Below are positions 13,044 through 27,168 of a DNA stretch of 64,000 bases, piece after piece. The stretch's first letter is position 1. Each line of letters starts with the position of its first letter. The position numbers and the translations under genes are program-made. This DNA is from Octopus sinensis (lineage: Eukaryota): assembly GCF_006345805.1 (NCBI RefSeq), contig NC_043000.1, forward strand, positions 78,306,001 to 78,370,000, given 5' to 3'. The notes under the pieces are model-generated. The model made no database searches, was not told where the DNA came from, and saw only the letters and a program-made list of their open reading frames with translations.

Positions 13044-14463
13044 CTTCAGGAGAAGTCCAGAGAGCAGAAAATGCCATTATATATGGCCTTCATTGATCTA
13101 ACAAAGGCCTTTGACTCGGTAAGCAGAACAGGCCTCTTCATCCTGCTCCAAAATATCGGATGTCCACCAAAGCTGCTGAGGATCATCAAGTCTTTCCATG
13201 ATGATATGCAAGGCACCATACAGCACAATGGTTCAACATCAGCCGCCTTCCAAATAAAAAACGGGGTAATGCAAGGTTGTGTCCTCACTCCTACATTATT
13301 TGGCATCTTCTCGCTCTTACTCTCACATGCCTTTCAGACATCAGATGATGGAGTGTTTCTGCACATTAGAAGTGACAGGAAACTGTTCAATCTCTCGCAC
13401 CTGCGTGCCAAGACCAAAATCAGAAACGTCCTGATCAAGGAGATGCTATTTGCTGATGATGCCGCTCTGGTATCACACACAGAAGAAGCCCTCCAAAGGC
13501 TCATTAACTGTTTTGAGCAAGCGTGTAACGACTTTGGCTTAGCTATCAGCCTTAAGAAGACCAACATCATGGGTCAGGCTACATCGGACATCCCAAACAT
13601 ACATATTGGAGACCACAGATTACAAGAGGTGGAGAAGTTTACCTATCTTGGCTCTACCGTCACCTACAACCTATCCGTTGACGCTGAGCTCAATATATGC
13701 ATTGGCAAGGCAGCAGCTGCGATGGCCCAACTCTCCAAACGGGCATGGGACAACAATAAGCTGACCAAGACCACGAAAATGAAGATCTACCAGGCATGTG
13801 TACTTAGCACTCTACTGTATGGAAGTGAGACTTGGACGCTATACACACGCCAAGAGCGTTGCCTAAACATCTTTCACCTGCGCTGCCTCCGGAAAATCCT
13901 CCGCATCAAATGGCAGAATCATGTCCCCAACAAAGATGTCCTCAAGCAAGCAGGAATACCAAACATGTTTGCACTCCTCACACAAAGACGTATGAGATGG
14001 CTTGGACATGTTAGCCATATGAAAGATGGCAGAATCCCCAAGGACATACTCTACGGAGAGCTTGCTAGGGGTACTAGGTCTGTGGGTAGATCGTTCTTAC
14101 GTTACAAGGATGTTTGCAAAAGGGACATGAAGGCCTGCAACATCAATATTAGCGATTGGGAAGCAGTTGCCGGCAACTGTGGAGATTGGCGACGTACCGT
14201 AAAAGAAGGAATACAAAGAAATGACAGGGAGAGAGAGGAGAAATGGAAAGACAAGAAAAGACGTCAACAAGAAACTATGGCATTACAACCAGCCAGGAAC
14301 AGTCTTCGCTACATTTGCGGTACCTGCCAGAGGGAGTGTTTGTCCAGGATAGGACTACACAGTCACAGCAGGAAATGTATCAGGACATGAAATGTAAAAG
14401 CCAGACTAGACTATTTTATGCGCAACTCCATTGTCTCCCGAGACAAAAAGGATGCCAACAACA
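13044..14463 (+). mobile_element. 5'-truncated RTE (BovB-like) LINE with open 439-aa RT ORF and 49-bp TSD
   Basis: FIDLTKAFD, QGCVL, LFADD, FTYLGS and a C-terminal CxxC..H finger. (CAA)n tail. TSD 12995-13043 = 14464-14512 with one mismatch. Confidence 0.95.
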
Positions 14464-15329
14464 ATATATGTATTAATAGATTTTAGGATTGTGTAATTGT
14501 CTACAGTAGGAAGCCCTTCCTTTGACAAATGTTTTGAAAATGTATGGAACTAATCAGTTAAAGAAAGTTCTAGATCCGGACAATCCTTCAGTGAGTGCAA
14601 CAAAAAAAAAAAAGGAAAAACTATAAAAACATGTTTTGATGTATTTTATAATGATATCCTTGAACAAAATTAGAACACCAGGTGTGACATTTTTTATATA
14701 ACTGTAACTGGCTTCAGTTATGTAAACAATAATTATGAATAAAAAAACAAGGTGTACTTGTTTATTTAATCTTAAAAATGGAAATAAAATTACATGCTTA
14801 AAATAGTGTGATAAAACATTTTAACAGTGAATAATATAACAGCTTCATTGTTATCTTTGTGGAAAGGTTTCTAAGTGTGTTTTTATTACAAGGAAAAATT
14901 TGGATGATGACATAGCTGTGTGATTTAGAAGTTCCCTTTACAACATCATAGTTTTGTGGGTGTAATGCCACCATTGGTACTTTGGGCAAATGTCTTCTAC
15001 AACAACTGTGATTCAACCAAAAATTTGAGAGTGAAATTTGATAGAAATGGTGTAAAAGCCTATTCAAGGGATCATTTCTGGTTTTAGGTGGTAGACTTAA
15101 TCTGTTTCCTAGTTAAACATCTTTACCTGACTCTTGCTGAAGATTTTAGAAGGGGGCTACTCTGATGGGAGCATTTGAACCAGGTCACTAATGCAAGGAA
15201 TATTTTCTTCCTCCCGCCTACTAGTAATGGAAGCCTTAAAGAGGTACACTGCTACTCTATGCCTGACTGAACCATTAAAAATAGCAAACTAATGAATACA
15301 ATAATTGGATCAAAAATCTAAAAGCTATT

Positions 15330-15957
15330 AACATGCCAAAGAGACAATTCATGTAGTGGAAGCATTCTTCCTCACCTAATCCAAAGAAGGTCAAAGTTGT
15401 TTCATCTGCAGGGAAGGTGATGACCTCAGTTTTGTGGGATAGAAAAGACATTGTGTTTGTTATTGCCTATCTTCAAAAGTGCCATACTATCGATGGAGAA
15501 TACTATGCCAACTTGCTGAGGCAGTTACAAATGGCTATCAAGACCAAACACCTAGGGAAACTTATGACAGGAGTCTTGTTTCATCAGGACATTGATCTGG
15601 CACACAAATCCTTGCTTTCAATGGCTGATGTGTGTGACAGTGGCTTTGAACCGATTGTTTAGCCTCTTAGCCTCTCTCTTGTCCTGATTTGGCTCCTTCT
15701 GATTATCATCTGTTCATCAACATGTAAAAAACACTTGGATGGGAACCAGTATTACAGTAATGATGTCATATCTGTTGTTGATGACTGTTTTGGTCAAGTG
15801 GATGAAAGTTTCTTCACCAATGGTATCCAAGCACTGCAAAACTGATGGAAGAAGTGTGTTCACTGTAAGGGAGACTATGTTGTAAAATAAACCTTCTTCG
15901 GTTGCATTCCATGAAAGTATCTTGGTCAGCCTATGAACTTTTCAGCCGACACTTGTA
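15330..15957 (+). mobile_element. Mariner transposase 3' fragment with right TIR
   Basis: SAGKVMTSVLWD, YYANLLRQL and FHQD motifs; decayed. Confidence 0.85.
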
Positions 15958-16329
15958 TAGTATGTGTAGTGTGATGGATGAAGAGGACAACAGAAGGAGA
16001 AGCAACGGGAGAAAGAAATACAAAAAGGCCTCACCTCGGTGAAGATCAGAGGTCTCTTACGAATTCGACACGTCCTGTCGCTTCCTTGTCTATGCTCAAA
16101 CTGCCCGCTTCGTCGATGACCACACATGCGTCCTGTTTGACTGCTTCCGCTTCCTGCCACACATGCACCCTGCAGTCTTCCACTGGCCCCTGCAAACCCT
16201 ACTTCCACCCACCTCATCTGTCATCCTCTCCACCAGCACCACAAGCTCATCACGTCCCATAACACCGACTGCCAACACCACAGTATATATGGAAAGAGTC
16301 AAATGCCATATTGGCTTCATAAGGAAGGT

Positions 16330-16800
16330 GATAAAGAAGATTTAAAAAACTATCACCTCATATGCCTCGTTTCACTTCTATAAGCTGCTTACAAAGGTCA
16401 TAGTCACCAGATTATTGAAACACCTTGACAACTAACAGCCTAGAGAGCAAGCAGGTTTCCATAAGAACTACAGTATGATAGATCACATATTCACTCAAAC
16501 ACAGCTCATAGAACAAGTGAACAAATACAAGCTTTCTCTATGTGTAACTTTTGTTGATTACAAAAAAGGCCTTCGATAACATCAAGATGAATGTAGTGTT
16601 GAAATCTCTGGAAACACAAGGTGTCAAACTACTCAGAAATGTGAACTCTGGATGCACCACAGATATAGCTCTGCTGTCACCATCAGTAAGGGTCCCAATT
16701 GAAAAGGGTGTCAAACAAGGCCAAATTGAGATGGAAAGTGATGAAACTGAGGAAGTCTACTTAGGTTTCACAGTAAATATGCAGTGAAAACAGATTTCAT
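16330..16800 (+). mobile_element. Degenerate RTE RT fragment
   Basis: QPREQAGF, DHIFT, FVDYKKAFD and GVKQG motifs. Confidence 0.75.
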
Positions 16801-17099
16801 ACAGAAACAGGTCATTAAAGATGTGATAAAATCTTTCTTTGTCTTCTTATTTGGATTACACACACACACATATATACATACATGTATACGCAGACACACA
16901 GATACACATATATATATATATATATGATTTTGTTGAGGCAACTGAAATCAAAATCAAATTCGATGACTGGCATCCGTGCTAGCGGGGTGTAAAGAGCACC
17001 AAAAGAGCACCATACGAGCGTGATCGTTGACAGAGCGGCTAACCAGCTTCTGTGCCAGTGGCACATAAAAGGGCACCATTCGAGTGTGAATAAACGGTC

Positions 17100-17880
17100 A
17101 TCTAAATTATGCAAAAATGAAAATAACACTGACATCTCATTTTAACATATATTTACCAAAATTACATAAAAATATCTTCAACCACGGCTTCCAGATGACT
17201 TCAGAATTGACTGCAACTTTTCTGGACAGTCTCCTTGTTTAAGTTAGTGAATGCTGCCATAATCCTTGCCTTCAATTCATCTTTGGTGTTACAAGGAGTT
17301 TTGTTGGTCTCTCATTCAACTGCACCCCATGCATAATAATTAAGGGGTTTGCACCCCATGCATAATAATCAAGATGTTAGGGGTGATGTGGTCACAGAAA
17401 TTGTCTTGACAGCCATGACCGGGTTCTCCTGCTTGTGTGGCATGGTACAGAGTCCTGTTGCCAGACATAGTGTTCCAGCAGCCACCCTCTTGCAGCACTG
17501 GATGTAGGCCTCTGTATTGAGACTGAGGCTGTATAGGAAGATGAATGGAAGCATAATGTCACCATCATAATGTCACTAGTGATCACTCCAAACACCATGA
17601 TGTTGACTGGATGTTTGATTTTTATCACTCTCAGTACATGACCTCAGATTGACATCAAACACTCTGAAATGTTCATATTGGAGCTTCCGGCATGAATGCC
17701 AAGCAATACAGCATGTCATTTTAAAATTTCTGGCAGAGTGACTTGCTTCATGGTTCTGTTTTTCTCACAGACAGTACCCAACTGACCCTGCTTTACTGTG
17801 TAGTCAACAAAATCAAAAACAAACAATGCACATGTATGAAATTAAAAATACAAAATGGCCACAATTTACCCATTGCAACC

Positions 17881-17885
<5 letters not shown>
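17100..17885 (-). mobile_element. Internally deleted Tc1/mariner-superfamily element (maT/DD37D-like)
   Basis: KHPVNIMVFGVITSD and YVWQQDSVPCHTS motifs; terminal end at a TA near 17885. Confidence 0.7.
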
Positions 17886-17917
<32 letters not shown>

Positions 17918-17922
17918 GTGCA

Positions 17923-18041
17923 TGTGTAATACAGTGAAGAAAGACAGGGATTGACGAAATCCAGGCATATATATATATAATGCTAAATATCATATTTGCC
18001 TGGATTTCTTCAATCCCTGTCTTTTTTCACTTTATTACACA
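17923..18041. repeat. Inverted repeat: 45-bp arms (3 mismatches), 29-nt loop
   Basis: 17923-17967 is the reverse complement of 17997-18041. Confidence 0.92.
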
Positions 18042-18799
18042 CACACATATGAATTCAATCATTCCCATGGAATTAGATATGATAGAATAGTCTTATACAA
18101 GTCATCAAACTGCTGTCATAGCTTCATGAATACATAGTTTGATTTTTTTCTAGGTTCTACCCCACTGTTTGCCAACTTGGATAAGTCTCTTGTACTACTG
18201 CAAAAGGGTGACTAATGCTTCTTTAGTAAAACCTGTTAATAGTAGGCAGAAATTTTATGGAAGCCTGTCATAAAAGTGTGTGTGTTTGTGTGTGTGTGGG
18301 CGCACACGCATATGTATATAAATGCTACATTCATGTTTTTGCATGACACTGTTTCCAGTAAAAAGGTGATATGTTTATTTCTCCTGTAAACAAGTTGTTC
18401 TGTGCTTCTATACTCTGTTTGTGAAGATCACTATAATGAAAATATTTTATTTGAAAAAGTGACAACAGTTGGTAACAAAGAGCATTCAGCAATAAAATAG
18501 TACCTCAATAAGCCTTTATCCAAATATTGCCAGCATGGAAACTCAGATGTAGAAAATGATGATGATGATAGTGTAATTTTGCATTTATGAATTTAATTAC
18601 TGTACTTATTCATGTATAATATAGACTCCTATAGAAAATGTGCCACCAATTATAGAGAATGAAATCCTGGGAAAAACATTTCTTATATACAATATGCACT
18701 TACTTTACAAAGAACGTAAAAAAATGTGTTTATAATTGCTGTATAAAATATTCTGAACAAGTTTATAAATCTTAAATGAAACAAAAAATGCGAATTCTA

Positions 18800-19355
18800 T
18801 TGGGTTGTCCAGAAAGTTCGTGCTGATTTTTAAAGGAAAGAAAAAGGTCAATAAATTCTTGCCATTACATTTTTATCAACCAAATATGAACCTTTTGTTG
18901 CACAATGTGTCTCCATCTTTCCTTTAACTTGAAAATACCCTCTTCCCAGAATTGAAGTTGTTTCATGGCAAAGAATTCATCAAGGCACTTTTTACATCAT
19001 GCAAGGAATTGAAATTTTTACCATTAAGACTATTCTGCAGAGACCTGAATAAGTGGAAATCTGAAGGAGCAATATCTGGTGAATATAGAGGGTGGGGTAA
19101 CACATTCCAGCCAAGCTGCAGCAATTTTTGTCTGGTTCCCAAGGCATCAAGTGTCGAAAATGAACTTTCTTATCTTCCATTTTAAAGAGTTACAGAATTA
19201 ACACAGGAACATAAATTTTCTTCCACGAAAAGATAGCTTAAACTGTGCTCTAAATGGAGGTGTAGTCAAATCCTATTTTATGGAGTCAACTATGTTATAA
19301 AATAAGTCGAAAGGTAAGCTACTATAAATCAGTACAAACTTTCCGAACAACCCAA
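18800..19355 (-). mobile_element. Non-autonomous mariner with ~30-bp TIRs and TA TSD
   Basis: ttgggttgtccagaaagttcgtgctgattt on the left; reverse complement of the right end reads ttgggttgttcggaaagtttgtactgattt. Internal YSPDIAPSDFHLF remnant on the minus strand. Confidence 0.88.
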
Positions 19356-20452
19356 TATATTGCCCTTTGAACTATAATGATGAAAAAGGTAAAGGTGTCT
19401 GCAATGAAGTTGACATTGTAGAGATCATACAAACGTGTTTTTTTTCCAGAAAACCAATATTAATTTGATAATGACAGTATATTTTAAATTTTTACTCAAT
19501 TTTACTTCTCAGTGTATGTGGTGACAGTGCAGTAAATATAGTATGTGTAGTCAACTCTATTATTCTGTAAGTACAGTGATACATGCATTAACCTTTAGCA
19601 TTCAAATTATTCTGTCAAATGTAATGCTTATTTACTCATGTTTTGAATTAATCATGCATTATCTCATAGCTTTGAGATTTCAGTGATGTGATTGTATGTG
19701 TTTTGAATATCAGATAGTTCTGTCAACATGGGTACTATATAATCAGACAGTGCTATCAAAAAAGGAAGAGCTGGGTGCTATCAACATAAATGGGGTATAT
19801 TATGACAGTGCTATCAACATGGATGTGGCACATTTTATTGGTAATGATGATGCTTCAATTACATTGACCATATTCCAGACATTCATCAGAATACTGTTTC
19901 ACTAATAACTTTGTAGGTCAGGAATTATCAAAAGTATCTACTTTGTTCATGAAGTCATGGTTTCCTGCACTTTATAGCAAGTTTTTCATGGCCCTTTACA
20001 TAGAATTAATACCCTCCACCTCCATATCACGTGTTGGCAGGGTTTATATCAATAGGAAAGTTATGCCAGTAGAAGAAAGAGGTATATCAATGAAAGAGAG
20101 TGTATCAATGGGGGGAGGGGGTTATATCAATGGTGGCTTTATATTAAATTGTGGTTTATGTCATTAATTTGCTCCTTCATTAACTTTACATTTTTTTCTG
20201 CCAGTAAACTTAAATCATTTGCTTGGTTGTTTTCATGGTCCTGTGGTCAACTAGGACTAAGAGAATATTTTCATCAATGTGTGCTGAAGTGGGACAGATA
20301 CAGTAATTTTCAACTAGATAGACTGAAATAGGTACTATAGTGATGCCTAGTTCATAATTTGAATTTATAATCCATGGTAAAAAAAAAAATCTATAGTTCC
20401 TAGTAAACAAAAATGATAGTAAAAGATAAATGCAATAAAATAGTGATCGTAC

Positions 20453-20512
20453 CTTGTCAAAATCAGACAGTATAGAGATTCAGTGATGTGAGTGAAACAG
20501 GTAAATGCAACG
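20453..20512 (-). CDS. TMEM254: TMEM254-like, coding exon 3 (VAFTCFTHITESLYCLILT)
   Basis: TTTTTTAG acceptor, 60 nt, phase 2-2, AAG|GTACGA donor. HITESLY matches the conserved H-x-x-ESLY motif. Confidence 0.92.
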
Positions 20513-20983
20513 CTAAAAAAAGATATTTGAAATACAAGGAAGAAATTTTATCATCTTTTAATAATGGAGAATAATTATTTGATTTATTTAACATGCTAAT
20601 TATATGCAAAAATATTCAGTAGAAAGAAAGTACTGAGGTGAAAACTGGTGAAAAAAGGAGATTAACGCCTGAAATCGACTTTGACTCCAAATATTATTCT
20701 TCTTTCAAAAAAAAAAGCTATATATAAATTCAACTTTTCTAGTAAATCTCTACTAGAGGAATCCGATGATGCCAATTCTATAAAAAAAAAAGTTTAAATA
20801 AAAAAACTACTCAGGCCAAATGTGCCAAAAACAGCAGTAACGTCTAAAAGTAAATTCAAAACCTAAACATTCTGTTTTTGTGTAAAAATTTTGTTTTTGT
20901 TTAGCTCATATGATAGAACTCATCAAGATGAGTGTCATGGTGCTAACCTTTTCAAAAAATATTCAAAATAAAAAAAGTTATTA

Positions 20984-21784
20984 TCTATATATATAAAAGG
21001 CAGGATGTGTGTGTGTGTGTGTACATGAATGTAATTTATGCATGTCCACAAATTAGCATGCTCCAATTTTAGGAGGACATTCGTCATGATCCTAGCTGTA
21101 TTTTCATCAACTTATTTTTCACAGAGGCACCAGCGAATAGCAGTAAAAATAAATTTTCAACCATGGCTGTGTGCTAAGTAGCTTGCTTACCAACCACATG
21201 GTTCCAGATTCAGTCCCACTGCATGGCACCTAGGGCAAGTGTCTTCTACTATAGCCTCAGGCCGACCAAAGCCTTGTGAGTGGATCTGGTAGACGGAAAC
21301 TGAAAGAAGCCCATTATATATATGTATAGAAGAATATGTGTGTGTGTTTGTACCCCCAACATCACTTGACAACCGATGCTGGTGTGTTTACGTCCCTGTA
21401 ACTTAGTGGTTCGGTGAAAGACACCAATAGAATAAGTACTAGGCTTACAAAGAAAAAGCCCTTGGGTTGATTTGCTTGACTAAAGGCGGTGCTCCAGCAT
21501 GGCCACAGTCAAATGACTGAAACAAGTAAAAGAGTAAAATCTTTTAACAATTTTCATGTTGGAGAAATCACCATTGTTTACAAACAGGAGTTAAGTCCCC
21601 TCCTAGCCACGAGTAAGTTTCTGTTAAGACTTTTGTTGTTTTTTCCATCGAGGAAAAAAGTGTTTTGTTGATATACGGGCAACATACACACACACACGCA
21701 CGAACATGTATGCATAAAAAAAACATACACGCAAGAGGTGTACGTATGTACGTGTGTGTGTTGCCCATATATATATGAATATAT

Positions 21785-21820
<36 letters not shown>

Positions 21821-22543
21821 CTTAAGACTTAGTTGTGGTCTGAATATAACTGCTTCTGACAGATTTTTCTTGCTGGAATAGTTCCCAACCCATGGGCAAA
21901 GTGGGGTTAGATGATGGGTGTAGTGTTTTCAAAGGGCTGACATATGCAACCTGATCACCTCTGCCGATCAAACTCCCAACCCATGCACTCCTGTCGTGAC
22001 ACTGATTCTGCAGAACTGGGTTGGGTGTGAAAACCAACATTAAAGTATAAATATAGATGTTTTTGAATCAGCAATATTGTGTTCAGTTAAGTCCTATTTG
22101 GAGTGAAAAATCAATAAATTAATTCCTTATGGGGTTTTACATTTAATCAGGATAAAAAAAAAAATCGATAAACTGATTCCTTACAGGATTTTCCTATAAA
22201 ATTGGCTACACCCCATTTTCAACCATAACTTTTACCAATTTTGATGTATTATTTTGTTTAAACTTGATGCCAGCATTACTTAGGACTCATAGGATCTTTC
22301 AATGCTTTAAGTTCTCCAAAAAAGAGAAAGCAAAATTGATGAGTGGAAAAGATCGATAAACCAATTCCTTATGAGATTACCCAATCAAGTTGTCTGCAAC
22401 TTATTTTCAGCCAAAAGTTTACCAATTTCAACGGATTTCGCCTAAATTTGACGTTGATGTTACTTAGTTTGATTTGAAATAAAGAACTTGATTAGCTTAA
22501 TAATCCTAACTTAATCCCAGGCAAAGCCGGGCTATACTGCTAG
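20984..22543 (+). mobile_element. Non-autonomous Helitron-like element with nested insertions
   Basis: A|TC...TATAAAAGG 5' end and CCCAGGCAAAGCCGGG hairpin plus CTAG|T 3' end. A similar lone 3' end sits at 4471-4498. Pairing of the two ends is inferred. Confidence 0.55.
21163..21538 (+). mobile_element. Full-length tRNA-derived SINE
   Basis: Complete from head to aagtaaaagagtaaa tail. Confidence 0.9.
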
Positions 22544-23238
22544 TATAAGCTGTGCCAAAAGTACGTAAAACAATTTTAAAGTAATATTATTACTTATTAC
22601 ACTACTAAGATGACGAGCTAGCAGAGTTGTTAACACGTTGGGTGAAAGCTTCACAGCATTTTGTCTGTCTCTACATTCTTTGCAGCATTTTGTCTGTCTC
22701 TGTCTACACACATGTACATAAGTAACTTTTAAAATGCCCATGAAGGGAGAAACAAAGGTGAGTGTGATGAATACGTAGCTTTAAGGAGAGAAGGGATACG
22801 TTGACAACAATTGATGACAAGTGAACTCTTTTCTACTGTCCATCGTAAATAAAAACAAAGACACATGCACATACATAGGTAGGTAAATACATACATACAT
22901 ACATATTGCTGTATGTACATATTGCAGAAAAATGTTACTGAGGTTTAAAGTTTAATAATTTTCACCTAATCAGCAAACAGGATTTACAAGCTGGCATTTT
23001 CTGCACAAAATGAAAGCAAAATCATTATATGAGGAGGAATCTTTATTAAACAAATGAAAGCAAAGCATTACGATGTAAGAACTGAAGTTTTAATAAAACT
23101 TTTGTTTGCTTATAAACTTTAATTCAGTATTAAGAGTAGTAGAATTATTATTTCTTAGGGTAAATTGACAAGGTTTTTCCTTTCAGATAGTATGACTGGA
23201 TTTTGAGAGTAGCAGGATTCTGATGATTTTTTTATGGC

Positions 23239-23697
23239 AAGACTTCCTTTTGTATCCACCCCCCTTTTTTATTTAATTTTTTCTACACAAATCCCTATTT
23301 TTGGCTACGGAGAATATGAAATTGCGAAAAAATTGGCAAAAATTGGCATTTTGAAATTGCTTCTCCCCCAATTCTTCATTTCTTTAACTTTTTACAGAAA
23401 TTTTTCTTTCAAAATATGTGGAAAAATATGCAGAAAAATACAGAAATTATACGATTCTGAAAAAAATTCACAAAAATTTTTCTACTTAGGGTTAGGGTTT
23501 TAGGATTAGGGTTAGGGTTATGGAAAAAAGTGAAAAATGAAATTGTTGGGGAAGGAGTAAGGGTGGACAAAAAATTTCAAAATTCCAATTTTTGGCAATT
23601 TTCCAGAATCTCTGTATCTGAAAAGGTGGGTTTTGGCAAAAAAAAATTTATAAAAAAACAATAATTTGCGAGAAAAGGGGGAGGGGGAGGAAGTCTT
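23239..23697. mobile_element. Foldback/MITE-like element centred on TTAGGG repeats
   Basis: Ends aagacttcc / ggaagtctt, internal inverted blocks (~23330-23360 vs ~23573-23602), about five TTAGGG units at 23486-23520. Confidence 0.65.
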
Positions 23698-23989
23698 TCC
23701 TTTTTTATTTTCAGGCAAGTTGACAGTAGCTGAATCGCAGGCTTTATTTTTATATTGCATGTATTTCGACTAACAAACTAACTTTGCCCTTACAAGGGCA
23801 AATGGCTCTGCCTGCCTTACAGTGCATTGGCTATTTTTGCATTTTTAAAATCAATTTTATATTAGCTAATGCAACAAAACCCTGTCCAGATAACTTTTTC
23901 TCCGTTTTAGAATTTAAGAAAAATATGTGAAAATTAAAAAAACACAACATAAAATTCTTATTTTAATTCAATCATCAAAAATGAAAATA

Positions 23990-24622
23990 ATTTGGATCTT
24001 TTCTATTCTGAAGCCAGTTTTTTCAAATTTTTCCTACTGAACCAAATAATTTGAAACTTCGTATACTGGTAGAATGTGTCAAAAGTAAACTTAATTGTAA
24101 ACCAGAATGAAAACGGAATTGTAACTTCTAAGTTTAACGTTGTTTAATAATTAGAATTTTAACCAATGATATTCCGTCATTCAGCTTTATTTTATTTACT
24201 CCGTCTCGACCACCAATTTCGTGACGTATTAAACATCTTAAATGTAAACAAGCTATAGTCAGCCACCTTCTAATAACAAAAGTTTGTCTTTGAAGTTACC
24301 GTCTAGGGGAAGCATTGATGTACATGTGTGTGTGTGTGTGTGTTTGATGGGGTGTGGGAGACAGTATGTTGTGTAAGTGAAGTGCTTCTGTTAGTGTGTG
24401 TGAAGAGACAGAGAGAGTAATGTGTGAAAGAGAGAGATAACTGAAATTTTTTACTCGGTGTATGTGTATATGCCTGAATGTATGTGTGTATGTATCTGTG
24501 TATGTGTATGTATGTATGTATGTATGGCCGATTCAATGTAATTTTTTACACATACTTACACACACACACACACATACATACACACACACATGCAGACATA
24601 CATATACACATACACCGAGTAA

Positions 24623-24667
<45 letters not shown>

Positions 24668-25213
24668 TTTATAAAAATATGGTAAAGTAAAAAAATTACT
24701 TAACCACACACCGAGCTTTTTAGAAATAGCAGCCCAAAATTTCTCAACTGCAAGAAAAAGTCTCCCAGACAATGCATACTCAGAAATAATTCACATACGT
24801 ATAAGAGAAAAACAACGAAAAATCACATGGATTCTCCGATATATGTTATAAAAATATGGATTCTCCGATATAATTTATAAAAATATGGTAAAGTAAAAAA
24901 ATTACTTTACCACACACAAAGCTTTTTAGAAATAGCAGACGTGCTTATAAGCCGTCTTCAACTACGTCACAAAACTGCTTTCAACGTCACACTAACAGAT
25001 CGCAGTAACGTTTTAGATATGAAAACAAGCAATCTCATTGGTTAAAATTCGCAGTTTTAATCTACGATTAAAGTCATAAAATAGATTTTTCTCAAATAAA
25101 CTAGTTCCAACTGGCGAATAAACTAGTTCCACTCTATGAGTACACAAAGTTTCAAATTATTTAGTTAACTAGAAAGATCTGGGGTCCTGGCCACAAATTT
25201 GAAAAGATCCAAT
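23990..25213. mobile_element. Non-autonomous DNA transposon with long imperfect TIRs
   Basis: ttggatcttttc...aataatttgaaactt is mirrored at both ends. Internal microsatellites and a short internal duplication. Confidence 0.65.
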
Positions 25214-25533
25214 AATTTAAATATTTTTTAACAAAAGAATATTTATTAGTTTTATTGCACTGCCTGGAAAAAAAGTGAAATACAATGAAAAATGTGGGCA
25301 CATGCATGTTAATATTCTTAAGCTATTACACCCGGAAAAGTACAGAACAAGATTTCCACAGTAGAATTTGCCTAATTTGTTACCTCTAAAGGAAACTAAA
25401 AAGTACTTAAAATTAAGATTCTACGGTACTTAAAATATTGCAGCCAAGAATAACATTTTTAAAATCAAAATATATTATATTAGGTAAATTTGAGATAAGT
25501 CATTTTATTTATTATGACAATTGAAAAACATAC

Positions 25534-25758
25534 TCTTTTACTCTTTTAATTGTTTCAGTCAGTTGACTGTGGCCATGCTGGAGCACCACCTTTTAGTCAA
25601 GCAAATCAACCCCAGGACTTATTCTTTGTAAGCCTAATACTTATTCTATTGGTCTCTTTTGCTGAACTGCTAAGTTACAGGGACATAAATACACCAGCAT
25701 CGCTTGTCAGGCAATGTTGAGGGGACAAACACAGACACACAAACATATATATACATAC

Positions 25759-25823
<65 letters not shown>

Positions 25824-25908
25824 GACGAGCTTCTTTCAACTACCAAATCCACTCACAAGGCTTTGGTCAGCCTGAGGCTATAGTAGAAGACACTTGCCCA
25901 AGGTGCCG
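25534..25908 (-). mobile_element. SINE, head truncated
   Basis: Same family as 21163, with an expanded internal (TA)n. Confidence 0.85.
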
Positions 25909-26800
25909 AACATAGTACAAAAATAATCAAAAATAAATTTAAAAAATTTTCTTTCAAAATCACATCTTTTGAGAAATACGATTAAAATAATCATTTTAAG
26001 ATGTATCAAGTACAAACAATAAAATATGAAGTTGTAAATAATATTGCACAAGACATAAATTTTCACTTGAATTGAAATCTCATTACAAAAAAAAAAAAAC
26101 ATTGATTGCATTAGAATGGTCATTAAATGTTTCAAATTAACCATATGATCAGTCAGTTCTTCCACATTAAAAAATAATTAATCTGACAGAGTAAGATTTA
26201 TTAGTTAACAGTAATACAGTAGAATTAGCCTAATTCGTCTTTGGCTAATTTGTTACTTCACCTAATTTATATATATATATATAGGTGTTAGCATGTCCAT
26301 ACATTGGGTATTCCATCATCCCTGTCTAGAACTTTCATATATATATATATTACACATTCATGTGATATCCAAATCCATATTAGGTTAATCATTTAATATT
26401 CCAACCCACTTTAAGTAAACTAGTTGATATCAATAACTCAACTTGAACATCTGTAGACTGATGTCAGCAGTAAGTAAAGTACAAGGGTGGGTGCTTGCTT
26501 CTTATCTGCTTCATACTCCATTTCGGTAAGGTAGTAGTTCCTGAAGGTAACACCAGAGGCTTGCTCACAGACCTTGGAATTCAGATGTCTGACCCCACTG
26601 TTGATGGGGAACCAGTCAGAGTCCTTCCAGTTCACCCACCTGCAACTCTCAGCACTGTGAGCTTGTGATCTTTGGAGGCATGCCAAAAAGCTTGAGAATT
26701 TTCCAGATTGGACAGAGTTAAGTGCATCATTTTGTAGAGAGTGGCAAGGAAGATGAGTGTTAGTTAGGTCTGGATAAATAAGATAAAATATATTACTTAC

Positions 26801-26901
26801 AGACAAAAAAGAAAAGTCTGCTGCTTCACAATGTATCTCAAAAAATCTCCAAACAAACCAAGGTGTTGGTATGGAAGTATTGCTGGGTTAAAGTAGCTGA
26901 T
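26801..26901 (-). CDS. TMEM254: TMEM254-like, coding exon 2 (ISYFNPAILPYQHLGLFGDFLRYIVKQQTFLFC)
   Basis: Pyrimidine tract plus CAG acceptor, 101 nt, GTAAGT donor. P-x-x-LPYQHLG-x-x-G matches the TMEM254 motif (human PQSIPYQNLGPLG, from memory). Confidence 0.92.
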
Positions 26902-27104
26902 CTGGGTTAGAAGATAAGAAAAAGTTGTTACCTGATTATATGTCTTAAATGATGAAAGATATTGTGAAATGTAAGGGAATTATTTAAAGCAAAGTTGTTG
27001 AATGTTGTCTCATTTGATGCCAAGAAGAAGGATAGACGAAAATGTATTTACAAGAGCTTGCAGAATGGGGAGGGAGAGAGTGAAAGAGTGAGGAGATAGA
27101 GAGT

Positions 27105-27168
<64 letters not shown>

